A DNA stretch of 64,000 bases from an uncultured Nitrososphaerales archaeon (GCA_963713605.1 CAVQMO010000010.1:160001-224000); one strand, 5' to 3'; positions 35,118-46,750 are shown, counted from the stretch's first letter. The notes: generated by a model from the letters alone, not told the origin. Numbers and translations: made by a program.

Positions 35118-36284
35118 GTTGTTGTTCTGATTACAAAGACAGCGGAGTTATTATCAGAAGTAGAAAGTTCCAAGAAGATTACTTTGCATTAAAAGAGCTG
35201 CATGATTTGGAATTTGTATATGGAAATCAAGAATTACCAGTTACGGCAGTGAATAATAATAATGTGTAACAGATAGGCCAGTGTTGAAATATCAACAAAT
35301 GAAACTGTTGGACAAGCGGATGAATAAAGAAAAGCTGACTTCACTTCGTCCAGAAATTAGTCGCCAATACTTATTAGGGGGCCTGGAGCTTGAAATTTAT
35401 TTTGTTAGAAAATTATCACTATTCTTTATAAGCTCATATTTATTACAACTAGAAAAGTTGCAGAAGCGGTATCATACGCATACATCAATCTCATCTACGC
35501 CTGAACTGTTATGCGATCTCTATACTTATCTATGGTCGGAAAAGCACTAAGAAACTACTAAGTGGCAGACAGGCATAAGCGCAAAATTATTGCATCCGCT
35601 GTCACAATAATGGTTAAACAAGATAAATTAATAAGATCTTATAGATACATTTATGATGATTTAATAGACAGATGGAAAAAGACAAGAACTATCCGAATGA
35701 TGAATCATCAAAACTACGTGGCCGAATGGCTATCAGCATTCAACACCAGAATATTTCAGCGGCACAAGAAGAAAAGAGATTAAACAACAAAATATCTCAA
35801 ATGTATGGCGTAGATTCTGATGAAGCGATCGACATCCACGTCAATTATCATTTAGATCGAATTTCAGATTTTCTTTTAAGAAGAGCTGAGGAAAAACGGC
35901 ATGCTTGAGTCGATGTTTTTTAAGAGATTAAACAGTTTGAATGCTATTGGATACGCTTATAGTGTCGCTCAAGGTGAACTGCTCGAAATGGCCGCAGTAG
36001 ATATCCTGTACAAACAACTATGCAATCTGCACAATAACGACCAGCCTACGGACGACAGATATGTTAGCTTTTACGGGTGAAAGTCATGTTCGTATTGCCT
36101 CCAAAAGAGAGATGATCGATTGTGTTTCGCGTCGTTAATTCCCTTTTAATGATCTAATATCGAGACTAAAGTCTATCAATATCTGCTAGTCATTGTGATG
36201 CTATAGTTTCGATAATCGTAAGATGGCACCTATGCTAGCGGTCATGATACAAGTCTCCGCTTAAGCCTGTACTAAAGAGAGGTT

Positions 36285-36539
36285 TTATGATGTGACAGCA
36301 GTCGTCAGTGGAGCAGACTGCAGCTCTTCTTTATCCAACAAGCCTTTTCGTCTAAGTTTTGCCTTGTATTTTATATTTCTTGGTCTTGTTCTCAGTCGAT
36401 AACTACAACAGGGGCACCACAATCCTTCCCATTTTATGAATATCTCACAGACTTGGCACCTCTTCTGACCTGCCGCGTACCGTCCTGTACCAACTTGCTT
36501 CTGAGCCTTATGTCTAATGCAAATCCCCTTACAAGTCAT
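36285..36539 (-). CDS. Cys-rich basic zinc-binding protein (thaumarchaeal family)
   Basis: MTCKGICIRHKA...RYAAGQKRCQVCEIFIKWEGLWCPCCSYRLRTRPR. Confidence 0.8.
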   Translation of the reverse strand: MTCKGICIRHKAQKQVGTGRYAAGQKRCQVCEIFIKWEGLWCPCCSYRLRTRPRNIKYKAKLRRKGLLDKEELQSAPLTTAVTS

Positions 36540-36920
36540 CTAAATTATCTACCCTTACTACCCCTACATTATTACACAATACATACTTATAAAATATTTT
36601 GAAAAATGGGTATAGATATAGAATTTAATATAACGTGAGCAAGAAGAATATCGCATATAGATAGAACAAGTTTGTAATTTCCAAGAATGTTCTGAATAAA
36701 TATCAATCCAGTAATAATTTCTGCAAATGCCTCAAGATTAAGAAAATGGTGGTGTATACTGTGAAGATTAAGTGTGGAGTCTGAGTAATATAGGAGGTTG
36801 ATAGCACTTTCAAATGTAATAAAACATTTCAACACAAACTGCCCAACCTTGACCTTTAATTTAGACCAGTCTTTTGAAGTGTCCAGGGCTTATACTAAGG
36901 ATATCAGGTGCGATTCGAAG

Positions 36921-37106
36921 CTAATCTGCTGCCCCACCACACGCACAATATCCAAACTCATCTATTCGTGTATTACACATGTCACAATATCCAAATAAAT
37001 TATAATCTACTTCCCATGATTCTTTGCCAAACATTTCTAAATGAGCATTGATCTCGAAAGGAATAGAGGATGGCGCTTTATCCTTCTCATCAACACTTTC
37101 TATCAT
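36921..37106 (-). CDS. Small Cys-rich protein
   Basis: CDMCNTRIDEFGYCACG. Confidence 0.6.
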   Translation of the reverse strand: MIESVDEKDKAPSSIPFEINAHLEMFGKESWEVDYNLFGYCDMCNTRIDEFGYCACGGAAD

Positions 37107-37393
37107 TGAAAGATGAGGCGCTTCATTCTATATAAAATTACCTTTGATAATTTCATCTTTGGAGAAGATAATATGGTATATCTATATTTAATTTAAACCT
37201 CAGCTAATAATTTCATAATAATAGACCCGAAAGATGATATTTAGTGTAAAAGTGCTTGTAATCAGCGCGTCTTAGGAAAGTGGATAAGACGTTTACACTC
37301 GCTTACCCGTTGCGATAAATATACTAGTTGTATGAGCTGACAAGTAGCTCGTGTAAAAGATAAATGTAGTAGCCTACACACTAGGATAAGGAT

Positions 37394-37726
37394 ATGTCTG
37401 TTACCGAGAGATTACGAGAATTTCTAACACAAGGGAAAGATTGGGAACGAAAACCAACAAATATTCCTGGTGTATTCCTCTTACGACTTCCGGGATTAAG
37501 AAGTAATAGTCCTTCATTGGCCATTGAAATCAATCCAGTTGATAGTATTGGTTCGCCAACCAAAAAAAGAGGAGTAGTAGTGAGATCCACACCTGAACTC
37601 GAAGACATAAAACGAATAATTTTGGACCAGAAGGTTTCAGAGCTTACAAAGAATATGGATGAAATTAACCCCCAACGAAAACAACCATCTACCGCGACAA
37701 GTAAACCTGAAGTGTTCGAGATTTAG
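37394..37726 (+). CDS. Conserved archaeal hypothetical protein
   Basis: GKDWERKPTNIPGVFLLRLP...LAIEINPVD..G.PTKKRGV. Confidence 0.7.
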   Translation: MSVTERLREFLTQGKDWERKPTNIPGVFLLRLPGLRSNSPSLAIEINPVDSIGSPTKKRGVVVRSTPELEDIKRIILDQKVSELTKNMDEINPQRKQPSTATSKPEVFEI

Positions 37727-38090
37727 ATTTACTTTCTATTCAATTAAAACAACATAATCAGAATTGATGACATCGAATCAATATGAAGTGAGCATCAATC
37801 TTCGATTTTATAGCGAATTACTCTTGCTTCAGCTGCATCAACCTCAGCAGCATCAATAAAAACAACTACCATTAAATTTCAAAAAAGGAAATTCATGATA
37901 TATATGAATTTCCTGAAGAGAAATCAAATCGGAATTCAGGCACGAGACTGCATATGCATGATTAAGTCATTAAGATCGTATGTTTACGAGGTGCTTTTCT
38001 GAATAGTGGTATTCGAGTTACCGTCTAATTTGGCTCGTTTAAATATAGGCTCTATGTCTTGAGACGTTTTTTACTGAGATTTTATCTACC

Positions 38091-39269
38091 TTGAAAGCAT
38101 TGGATAATATGATGAAGATAAAGGATACAACCATAGCAAAACACGAGACAGTCTTGGTGATGCAAGGAGGAGGTGCCTTAGGCGCATATGAATGCGGTGT
38201 TTATAAAACTCTGGAAAAATACGGTATAGAATTTGATATCGTTGCAGGTACTTCAATAGGGGCAGTTAATGCGGCCATAATTGCAGGGAGTAAAGATAAA
38301 TCTTCTGCGAAAACACTTGAAAAATTTTGGTTCTCGCTAGCAGAACACATTACTCCTTCTTTTCTTGCTGATAATGTTAGAGCTATTTTTTCCTCTATGC
38401 TTGTATTTTTATATGGTAACAAAAATGCATTTGAGCCTGTCTGGAGCTATCCTGCTTCATTATTCAATTACTATTCGATTTTTTCTAATTATACAAGGAT
38501 ACCACCTCATTTATATGATGTTAAACCTTTAGAGGATACATTAACCAAATTTGTCGATTTCGACATAATAAACAAGCAATATAAAAGTGGCATTACTACT
38601 AATTCTGTTCCCGGGAATGAGGTCAAAAGAGTATCTCCGAGACTCATAATGACATGTACAGATATTCAAAAAAGCGAATCAGTCACTTTTGATAGTGATC
38701 GTATTGAAGTGGATGCCGGCCATGTCATTGCTTGCACAGGTTTTCCATTTTATGGTTTGGCTTGGACAAAAAAAGATGGTTTGTATCTATGGGATGGAAG
38801 TCTGTTGAGTAATACTCCGCTAAGGGAGGTGATTGATGCATCACCAAAAAATCATAAACGAGTCTATATTGTCAATTTATTTCCGAAAATTCAAAGAGAG
38901 CTTCCGACTAATATGTTTGATATATGGCATAGGGCAAGAGATATCATACATACTGATAAAACCGATCATAATATCCATATGTCAAAAGTAATATCAAGAT
39001 ATTTAACAGTCATGCGACAAATGCATGACCTCCTAAATAATGCTCATATGGATGAAAGTATGAAAGGTACTTTCCTTCAAATAGAAAAAGAATATCATAA
39101 ACTAGCGACTGATCGCGGAGCAATAATTAAAGAGATAACCAAGGTTGAAAGAAAAGAGGATGTGCGCTATATCTTTGAAGATGCTGATTTTTCACTCGCT
39201 ACCATACAGAAATTGATAAAGCAAGGCGAAGATGATGCTGAAAAGGTCTTACAAGAGAAAAGTAAATAA
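38091..39269 (+). CDS. Patatin-like phospholipase/esterase
   Basis: QGGGALGAYECG, GTSIG, WDGSLLSNTPL. Confidence 0.9.
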   Translation: MKALDNMMKIKDTTIAKHETVLVMQGGGALGAYECGVYKTLEKYGIEFDIVAGTSIGAVNAAIIAGSKDKSSAKTLEKFWFSLAEHITPSFLADNVRAIFSSMLVFLYGNKNAFEPVWSYPASLFNYYSIFSNYTRIPPHLYDVKPLEDTLTKFVDFDIINKQYKSGITTNSVPGNEVKRVSPRLIMTCTDIQKSESVTFDSDRIEVDAGHVIACTGFPFYGLAWTKKDGLYLWDGSLLSNTPLREVIDASPKNHKRVYIVNLFPKIQRELPTNMFDIWHRARDIIHTDKTDHNIHMSKVISRYLTVMRQMHDLLNNAHMDESMKGTFLQIEKEYHKLATDRGAIIKEITKVERKEDVRYIFEDADFSLATIQKLIKQGEDDAEKVLQEKSK

Positions 39270-39680
39270 TGATAAAACAGATATCAAATTTCTTTGGACA
39301 TAAATGAAATCATACCATAGATACCTAGCATTTATCATCAATTCCATATTTGCTGCACTTTTGGCACTAAATCTTGGTATATATCTATCCATTCCAGTTA
39401 CGGTGAATTCGGAGAGGACAATTTTTCACTGAAATCACTTGCAAAATTTTGGAATGTATTTCTACCTGTCACAATATATCAATCTAACCAAGTCCATGTC
39501 CTTTGTAGCTTTCGACACATGGTCTGCAACTTCAAGGATTCAAATTCTGTACATTCTTGCATTTACACAACACAAATAATATAATTCATACCTATTAGCC
39601 TATGATATTCTATAATTATTTAAATACCTTTGAATCAAGGCTGAAATTTATTAGTCATAATTACGTATTAATATATAGAA

Positions 39681-41090
39681 ATGCAAGCAAGAGTTGTTCA
39701 CGATAAGATTTCAACCATTAATCCTGCGACAGGACAAATAATTCATTCGTATGAGACTACTGACATAGAACAAATCTCACGTATTGTCAGTAATGCTAGA
39801 ACTGCGTTTGCAAAGTGGAAAAAGAAAGACGTAGGGGAACGTTGTGATTACATTAGAAATTTGGCGAAGGTATTGAATAAGAACAGAGACCAGTATTCCA
39901 AGATTATTACACAAGAAATGGGAAAGCCCATAGCTCAGTCATATGCAGAAATCGAAAAGTGCATATGGTTATGTGAGTATTATTGTGAAAACGCTGAAAC
40001 GTTCCTTCAAGATCAAATAATACCAACCGAATTTCGCAAGAGCTTTGTTTCATTTGAACCTCTCGGAATAGTGGCAGGTATTATGCCATGGAACTTTCCA
40101 TTTTGGCAGGTTATGCGATTTGTGGTTCCAACCTTAATTGCAGGAAATGTAGCAATTCTAAAGCATTCTAGTGTATGTATAGGCTCTTCTCTAAATGTCA
40201 GAGACTCACTGGCTGATGCGGGATTTCCTGAAAATGTGTTTCAAATAGTCATTGGTGATTACAGAGCAGGTGAAGCTCTTGTCCAGTCTAAGATTGAAGC
40301 AGTATCAGTGACAGGAAGCGTTAGTACTGGAAAAAGGGTCGCAGAGCTTGCAGCCAAAGGTTTAAAAAAATTCGTATTAGAATTAGGAGGAAGCGACCCG
40401 TTTATTGTCTTAGAAGATGCTGATCTAAATCATACCGTACCTCAAGCAGTTCATTCGAGATTGTTAAATACAGGTCAAAGTTGTATTGCGGCGAAAAGGT
40501 TTATAGTAATGAAGGAAATAGCAGATGAATTCACAAGATTATTTGTACAAAATGTCAAAGGAGAAATAGTAGGAGATCCAATGGATACGAAAACTACCGT
40601 AGGACCACTGGTGAGAGACAGTCAAAGGCAAGCACTATTTAAACAAGTCAATGACTCGAGGTTAAAACATGCAGAGATATTGTTAGGTGGTAACATAATC
40701 GAAGGTAGCGGTTATTATTATGAACCAACTGTAATATCTAAGGTAAATCATGAAATGGATATATTAAGAGAAGAGGTATTCGGTCCGGTTGCGCCTATCA
40801 TTATAGTAGAAACTGAAGCCGAAGCTATTATGGAGGCAAATAATTCGAAATTTGGATTAGGTGCTAGTATATGGACTAGTAGTTTTAATAGAGGACTTAA
40901 GCTTGCTCGAGAGATTCAAAGTGGAGTTGTCAAAATAAATGAAATGGTAAGGTCGGATCCTAGGTTGCCATTTGGTGGAGTAAAATATTCTGGCATTGGA
41001 AGGGAGTTATCCGAATTTGGCATTAGGGAATTTGTCAATATAAAATCGATAGCAGTAAAAGACATTACACCCAAATTACTTGTGGAGTGA
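39681..41090 (+). CDS. NAD(P)-dependent aldehyde dehydrogenase (succinate-semialdehyde dehydrogenase-like)
   Basis: MPWNFPFWQ, TGS, LELGGSDP, GQSCIAAKR, EEVFGPV, PFGGVKYSGIGRE. Confidence 0.92.
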   Translation: MQARVVHDKISTINPATGQIIHSYETTDIEQISRIVSNARTAFAKWKKKDVGERCDYIRNLAKVLNKNRDQYSKIITQEMGKPIAQSYAEIEKCIWLCEYYCENAETFLQDQIIPTEFRKSFVSFEPLGIVAGIMPWNFPFWQVMRFVVPTLIAGNVAILKHSSVCIGSSLNVRDSLADAGFPENVFQIVIGDYRAGEALVQSKIEAVSVTGSVSTGKRVAELAAKGLKKFVLELGGSDPFIVLEDADLNHTVPQAVHSRLLNTGQSCIAAKRFIVMKEIADEFTRLFVQNVKGEIVGDPMDTKTTVGPLVRDSQRQALFKQVNDSRLKHAEILLGGNIIEGSGYYYEPTVISKVNHEMDILREEVFGPVAPIIIVETEAEAIMEANNSKFGLGASIWTSSFNRGLKLAREIQSGVVKINEMVRSDPRLPFGGVKYSGIGRELSEFGIREFVNIKSIAVKDITPKLLVE

Positions 41091-41254
41091 GTGAGAAACA
41101 CAATATACTTGCTAGAAAGGAAAGACGTACAAACTAACAATACGAATTTGATGTCAGAGGTCGTAGATCTAAGTTATTCGATCAAATCTAAATTATCCGA
41201 AATATCAGTTCTTAATTGCAATAGACTCCAGAATCTCTTCAATGAAACGATTGA

Positions 41255-43219
41255 ATGATGCCGACCATAGAGAATTACAAGAAATTAGATATACCTAAGC
41301 TGAAAGAATTTGAGGTTCTTGGCGAGAAGCTCAACAGGATATACATCAATATTTTAAGACGTGCACAGAATGCACATAATAAGTTTCACTTTACGGTAAA
41401 AGAAAACGAAAACGAAAATGATAAGATATGCAGCCTAGATAATCTTTTGTGCTATTTAGTATTAAGAGAGCAGAATTTATCAGATCTACAAATAAGGCTA
41501 GCTGAACAGGGCCTTGCTTCTTTAATAATGTCGGAAAGTAATGTACTTGTTAGCGTCGAACAGGTGCTCAAACATTTTGGAATCAAGCCAGTTGATACTA
41601 GTAGTTTATGTAAGATCGATCCCCAAAATGGGAGATTGCTTCTGACAATGCGTAATGAATTAATGTTTGGTTTGGTGCCTAAAGAAAGAAAAACACTCAT
41701 TATGGTAACACTTGATTCTTCTGATATCTATCAACATGAATTGATAGAACAGCTGCTGGAGAATGGGATGGATATTGCTCGAATAAATTGTGCTCATAAC
41801 ACAGCCAGAGAATGGAAATTACTAGTTGAAACTCTACGCGGTGTAGAAGAACAAGTGATCCAAAATGGGAAGGGAATTGAAGGACATAGATGTAAGATCT
41901 TGATGGATCTGGGAGGCCCGAAAATTCGGACAGGCCCTATGGTGCTTAAAGTCCGACCCCTACAGATATCTTCTCCTAAAGACATTCACGGTCGTCCTAT
42001 GCGTCTTGTAGAAGGATTCTTAGACAGCGAGGCAAGAGAGACAGAAGTGTTGAATTTGGACAGAGCGACATCATCGAGTTTTGTTATAGCGATATCAAAG
42101 ATCAAATACGGAGGGCTAGGGAGCCTGAGAATAGGTCAAAAAATAACATTCAAGGATGCACGGGATGGACGTCCACGTAATCTCACGGTACTTGAGCGAA
42201 TCAGTCCTACTAGAGTAAGGATAGGTCTGGAGCACACAGCTTTTCTAAAGGGGGGTATAAAACTGGAATGTCAAATAAATGATTCAGATAACGATCCTAA
42301 GTGCTCGTTTACCGTCGGGGTTACGAAACCTCAACCGATTGAGATAAGTGTAGAAGCTGGGAATATCCTCCGCCTTTATAGAGATACAAGGTTAGGTCAT
42401 GGCGGCGATAGTAACCGCTTTGGCGATGATCCTGCAGGTATCAGTTGCACGCATCCACATATTCTTAATCAAGTTAAGGTTGGTCATAGAGTATTCATAG
42501 ACGACGGAAAAATTGAAGCAGTTGTGAAGTCATCAAAGGAGGAGTTCCTTGAATTAGAGATCGTATCACCTCATGGTATGATAGCCAAAATCAAATCCAA
42601 CAAGGGTATGAACTTTCCAGATTCAGGTATTAAAACCCCAGCGTTAACACAAGAGGATATCAAAAATTTGGACTTTATAGTTATGCATGCAGACATGGTG
42701 GGACTAAGCTTTGTGCACGGACCGCAGGATATCTACGATTTACATAAAGAGTTAACTAGACGAAATCGTGCAGATATGGGGATAGTTGCAAAGATCGAAA
42801 CATCAGATTCTGTTCACAATTTGGCTGGGACAATTATTGCTGGACTTGACCTGCCAAAATTTGCAGTACTAATCGCAAGGGGCGATTTGGCAGTCGAGGT
42901 GGGATTTGAAAATTTGGCCTTCGTTCAAGAAGATATCTTCTGTTTATGTGAAGCCGCACACGTGCCTGTCATCTTGGCCACACAAATACTAGAAAGCCTA
43001 ACGGAAAGTGGCCTTCGAAGTCGCCCGGAAATAGCAGACGCACTAATAATGGGACGGCGCGCAGAATGTGTGATGCTAAGCAATGGACCAAATATACTTG
43101 AGGCGGTCAGAACCCTGGCCCGATTATTGAATAGTGGAGAACGATATATAATAAAGTATCAACTATTCAGGGAGTTTACTGAACAATATGGTGTATTTGA
43201 TGATAAAGACACGGATTGA
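41255..43219 (+). CDS. pyk: Pyruvate kinase-like protein (long form with large insert, no C-terminal PK domain)
   Basis: GMDIARINCAH, MDLGGPKIRTG, FIDDGKI, KGMNFP, AKIET, IARGDLAVE, ATQILESL, RAECVML. Confidence 0.8.
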   Translation: MMPTIENYKKLDIPKLKEFEVLGEKLNRIYINILRRAQNAHNKFHFTVKENENENDKICSLDNLLCYLVLREQNLSDLQIRLAEQGLASLIMSESNVLVSVEQVLKHFGIKPVDTSSLCKIDPQNGRLLLTMRNELMFGLVPKERKTLIMVTLDSSDIYQHELIEQLLENGMDIARINCAHNTAREWKLLVETLRGVEEQVIQNGKGIEGHRCKILMDLGGPKIRTGPMVLKVRPLQISSPKDIHGRPMRLVEGFLDSEARETEVLNLDRATSSSFVIAISKIKYGGLGSLRIGQKITFKDARDGRPRNLTVLERISPTRVRIGLEHTAFLKGGIKLECQINDSDNDPKCSFTVGVTKPQPIEISVEAGNILRLYRDTRLGHGGDSNRFGDDPAGISCTHPHILNQVKVGHRVFIDDGKIEAVVKSSKEEFLELEIVSPHGMIAKIKSNKGMNFPDSGIKTPALTQEDIKNLDFIVMHADMVGLSFVHGPQDIYDLHKELTRRNRADMGIVAKIETSDSVHNLAGTIIAGLDLPKFAVLIARGDLAVEVGFENLAFVQEDIFCLCEAAHVPVILATQILESLTESGLRSRPEIADALIMGRRAECVMLSNGPNILEAVRTLARLLNSGERYIIKYQLFREFTEQYGVFDDKDTD

Positions 43220-43240
43220 ATCGCCTTGAACATGTCAATC

Positions 43241-43430
43241 CTATAAATTGGTGTAGAGGTCCAGTTTCGCCTGAATCGGCTTAATTCTTCTATGCAGATC
43301 TCAAATAGGCATGGGTAATCGGAAGAGGGACGTCATGAATGCGTCTTCTGCTTCGCCCTTTTCGTCGAGTGTATGGAACCATTCACCGGCACTAAGCGAG
43401 CGATTGGCACAAGACAACTTACTCCTTCAG
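43241..43430 (-). mobile_element. Possible IS (IS1634/IS4-like) transposase C-terminal relic
   Basis: Degenerate translation NRSLSAGEWFHTLDEKGEAEDAF...PMPI.DLHRRIK loosely resembles the DDE C-terminal region; locally higher GC. Confidence 0.25.
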
Positions 43431-43912
43431 ATAATCCTCAGGGTATACTTCCTAACGCCTTAACCTTTTTCTGATCTCTTGATACCCTTCTGAGAATTGC
43501 TACTAACCTCCCATTTCACTTACTCCATGAGCCGGAGGAGTTTTCAAGTACATCGCCCTATGAAAAAGTGGAAATTATACTTTCCACTGTCCTAGATACG
43601 TGGAAATACTAGCCTGGTCAAATCTAGCACGGGAGTTATTAGAATGGATAGGGGTATAAATATAAACCAACAAGAACATGAGCAGCAGCAACCGGAGGCA
43701 GCAAACTCAACAGGAGCAAAGGATCACCACTACTACTAGCACCGTTTATTCAGTAACCGAAGGCGTCAGTTCATCTCAGACTAGAGACAAATACAGAAGA
43801 CTACTCTTCCCGTCCTATAGTTGAGTTGTTTTCTGATTGTGTGAAAATCTTTTTGTAATTCTTCGAACGATAATGTATAGATTCAAAGTGATGAGAAGAG
43901 AATGTATGAAAT

Positions 43913-45670
43913 ATGTGTGGATTTCCTCCAGAGAAAACAAGCGGAAGGATATCGCAAATGGCAGAGAATAAGAATAACTCTCAGAGGACAATTGTCTTCC
44001 AAGGAGGCGGTGCTCTTGGCGCATATGAAGCTGGTACATATCAACAGATCTATTTGAAAGCAAGAAAAGAAAGTCCAGACGGTAGATTGTTTGATATTGT
44101 TGCAGGGACTTCAATAGGAGCCATAAATTCTACTGTTTTGGTAGGACATTATCTTAAGAATAACAGTTGGGATGGCTCAGCTGAGAGACTTTTAGATTTT
44201 TGGGAAGGTCTTATGTGTCCCACGATAGCAGACAGTTTATTTGATAAAAAATCATTGGTCCGCATCTTTTGGGAAAACTTGCGTACATTCAACCGAGACG
44301 TAGCAGACCCAGAGAGTGCGCGTAAATTCTGGTCTATCTTTGAGTTTGCCTTTAGTCCACTAGGGGTCACCAACATGTACAAATCTATTCCACAAATGGG
44401 TTCGAAGTTCCTAAATCCTTTTACAGATTTCTTACCTTGGTGGAAGTACGATTTTACACCATTAAGGAATTATCTTACAAAGTTTGTCGATTTTCCTATC
44501 AAGACAAGCCCAGAGCTAGGACAACCAAGGTTGCTCCTTACTAGTGTTGATATCCAAGATTTTACTTCGCCTGTGGTATTTGATAGTTATGAAAAATTGC
44601 ATGACGCACATGTCAAACGAAATGAATCAGTTGACAGAAAAGAGGAGGAAAAAAACAACAGTGACCATGATGGCAAATGGTATTCTGAATATGGGAATCC
44701 TGAGAACAGACATATTGTTTTTTATGATGGCATAGGAGCAGATCAAGTGCTTGCCAGTGCTCTTGGTAAATATGCAATAGACCACCCTCATATTGAGGAT
44801 ATCAATACAGGAACCATACGGCAGTTATGGGATGGTGGCTATCTGAGCAATACACCGTTGCGTGAGCTCTTGACAGCGCACAGAAACTACTGGATGGAAT
44901 ATCTACGAAAGGATCGAAGAGGAGGCAATGAGTTGATTACTCAGACTCCCAAGCTTGAAGTATATATCGTTAACCTACATCCACTCACACCAAAGGATAT
45001 TCCACAAGATAAGGACCTCGTAGACGATAGGGAAAGTGATATCTTTTTTCATGACAGAACTGCATATGATGAACAGGTAGCATACGCGTTTACAGACTTT
45101 GTGAATATGACCCGTGATCTTATTGAACTCGCAAGGTCCAACGGCCTCTCTAACAAAGTTGATGAGATTTTAAATAGAAAAGCAAAAACGATAGCAAGGG
45201 TTGGCGAGTATAGATTTACTACAAATAGGGATCTCTTTCTAGGAAAACCTCGTATATCTAAGGTATGGCGTATTGACAGACTTGAGAGCTCTGATGCAAC
45301 ATTTGGCAAAGTAACAGATTTCACACCCTCCACTATTAGAAAGTTGATCCGAGCAGGACAATTTGATGCTAGGATATCAATCGACAGAATGGAGATTATC
45401 TTCGGCATAGAAGAGTTGATTTCTGAAGGTATTATGTCCATGGAAGAAGGCGACGAAATTATGAAAGAGGCTAGAGAAGTCATAACTACTGAACAATTGT
45501 TGTACAGAAAAAGAAAAGACGAAATAGAAAAGGCTTACAATGAATATGTGGAGCAGATTAATGCTAAGGATTTACCACCAGAATGCAAAGAGATATTGAT
45601 AAGCCCTGGAAGAGACATTGTTAGCTTAGTTTATGAAGTAAATAGGAGTAACAGCAGCAATAATGACTGA
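43913..45670 (+). CDS. Patatin-like phospholipase/esterase with C-terminal helical extension
   Basis: QGGGALGAYEAG, GTSIG, WDGGYLSNTPL; probable start MAEN. Confidence 0.9.
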   Translation: MCGFPPEKTSGRISQMAENKNNSQRTIVFQGGGALGAYEAGTYQQIYLKARKESPDGRLFDIVAGTSIGAINSTVLVGHYLKNNSWDGSAERLLDFWEGLMCPTIADSLFDKKSLVRIFWENLRTFNRDVADPESARKFWSIFEFAFSPLGVTNMYKSIPQMGSKFLNPFTDFLPWWKYDFTPLRNYLTKFVDFPIKTSPELGQPRLLLTSVDIQDFTSPVVFDSYEKLHDAHVKRNESVDRKEEEKNNSDHDGKWYSEYGNPENRHIVFYDGIGADQVLASALGKYAIDHPHIEDINTGTIRQLWDGGYLSNTPLRELLTAHRNYWMEYLRKDRRGGNELITQTPKLEVYIVNLHPLTPKDIPQDKDLVDDRESDIFFHDRTAYDEQVAYAFTDFVNMTRDLIELARSNGLSNKVDEILNRKAKTIARVGEYRFTTNRDLFLGKPRISKVWRIDRLESSDATFGKVTDFTPSTIRKLIRAGQFDARISIDRMEIIFGIEELISEGIMSMEEGDEIMKEAREVITTEQLLYRKRKDEIEKAYNEYVEQINAKDLPPECKEILISPGRDIVSLVYEVNRSNSSNND

Positions 45671-45789
45671 CAACGCATATGCAACCAAATACATGGGTAA
45701 GAACCAAGAATCTCACAAGCAGATGCCTGAAGAGATTTCTCGGTAATCTGTTAGACGAGGCACGTGAAAAAGCTGAAAGAGATTGAGAA

Positions 45790-46003
45790 ATGAGTCTAGT
45801 GAAGACGTTAGATGATGCATGGAATAGCCAAGATTGTGATACAGTCGCCAAGCGTTATACTAGGGATCATAGTTAGGTGGCCAGCTCCAATCTGAAACAA
45901 CGAAAGGTTTGGATGCACATTGAAACTAATGCGTAGGTATGTTCAAAACATTTCCCGATAACCATGCCCAGAACGACTCATATAAGATGCTATTTGGTCA
46001 ATG
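45790..46003 (+). pseudogene. SnoaL/ester cyclase relic
   Basis: MSLVKTLDDAWNSQD... and FKTFPDNHAQNDSYKMLFGQ separated by stops and frameshifts. Confidence 0.6.
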
Positions 46004-46750
46004 AGAGCAATCGAAAGACATCCCCCACCAGTATTTGCGGGAATAGAGGAACGATTTGAGGTGCGTCATACTGCATATATTTGACGCATATCTACAATTA
46101 ACGCATAATACTTGTATTCTATACAACAGTTATTCCATGTGGACCAAATTCAAATTCAAATCCGCAGAATTGAGGAAGTCTAGACCTTGTGTTCTGTAGC
46201 CTAACTGGCTGAAAGTGGTATAATTAACCTTTTGATACTTATCTACCAGTTGTCAAAAGAATGATCGATTCATTTCGGATAATGGCGAACGACTCTATGA
46301 GGTAATATTTCAGGAAGGAACCAAACTGGGCCAGAGTTTTGATTCCATGAACACTATTCTGAAGGGTAAGATACCCCATGAGGAAGTCGTTCTGCAAGTT
46401 TCTTATGCCATGTCCTAAAATTCACGGTAGTAATTAAGGGACGTCTGCATTCTGTTGCTAACAATAATTGTTCTCGTATCTTTTCGTCCACCAGATTATA
46501 ACGAATTGTCTCACCGTAGTCTTTACTCAATTGTGTAATGAGAACTGCTTTGGTCTATGTAACAACGACAAATGTGATATTTACTAATGAGTTGGTGTAT
46601 TTGTTTCCGTACGTCTTTCATTAAAATGCCCCTGTACCGAAACTTTCTAGTCAGATATATGTCCAGTATATAACGCAGCAAACTGTACACATGGAACTTA
46701 AATACACCAAACTCGTATAGTACAATGAAAGGAGAATTTTAGAAGCACAT

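Noticed and set aside
38091..45670. CBASS-type patatin effectors linked to the cyclase
   Set aside because: No CD-NTase nearby; the cyclase at 557-1690 is class III and 36 kb away.
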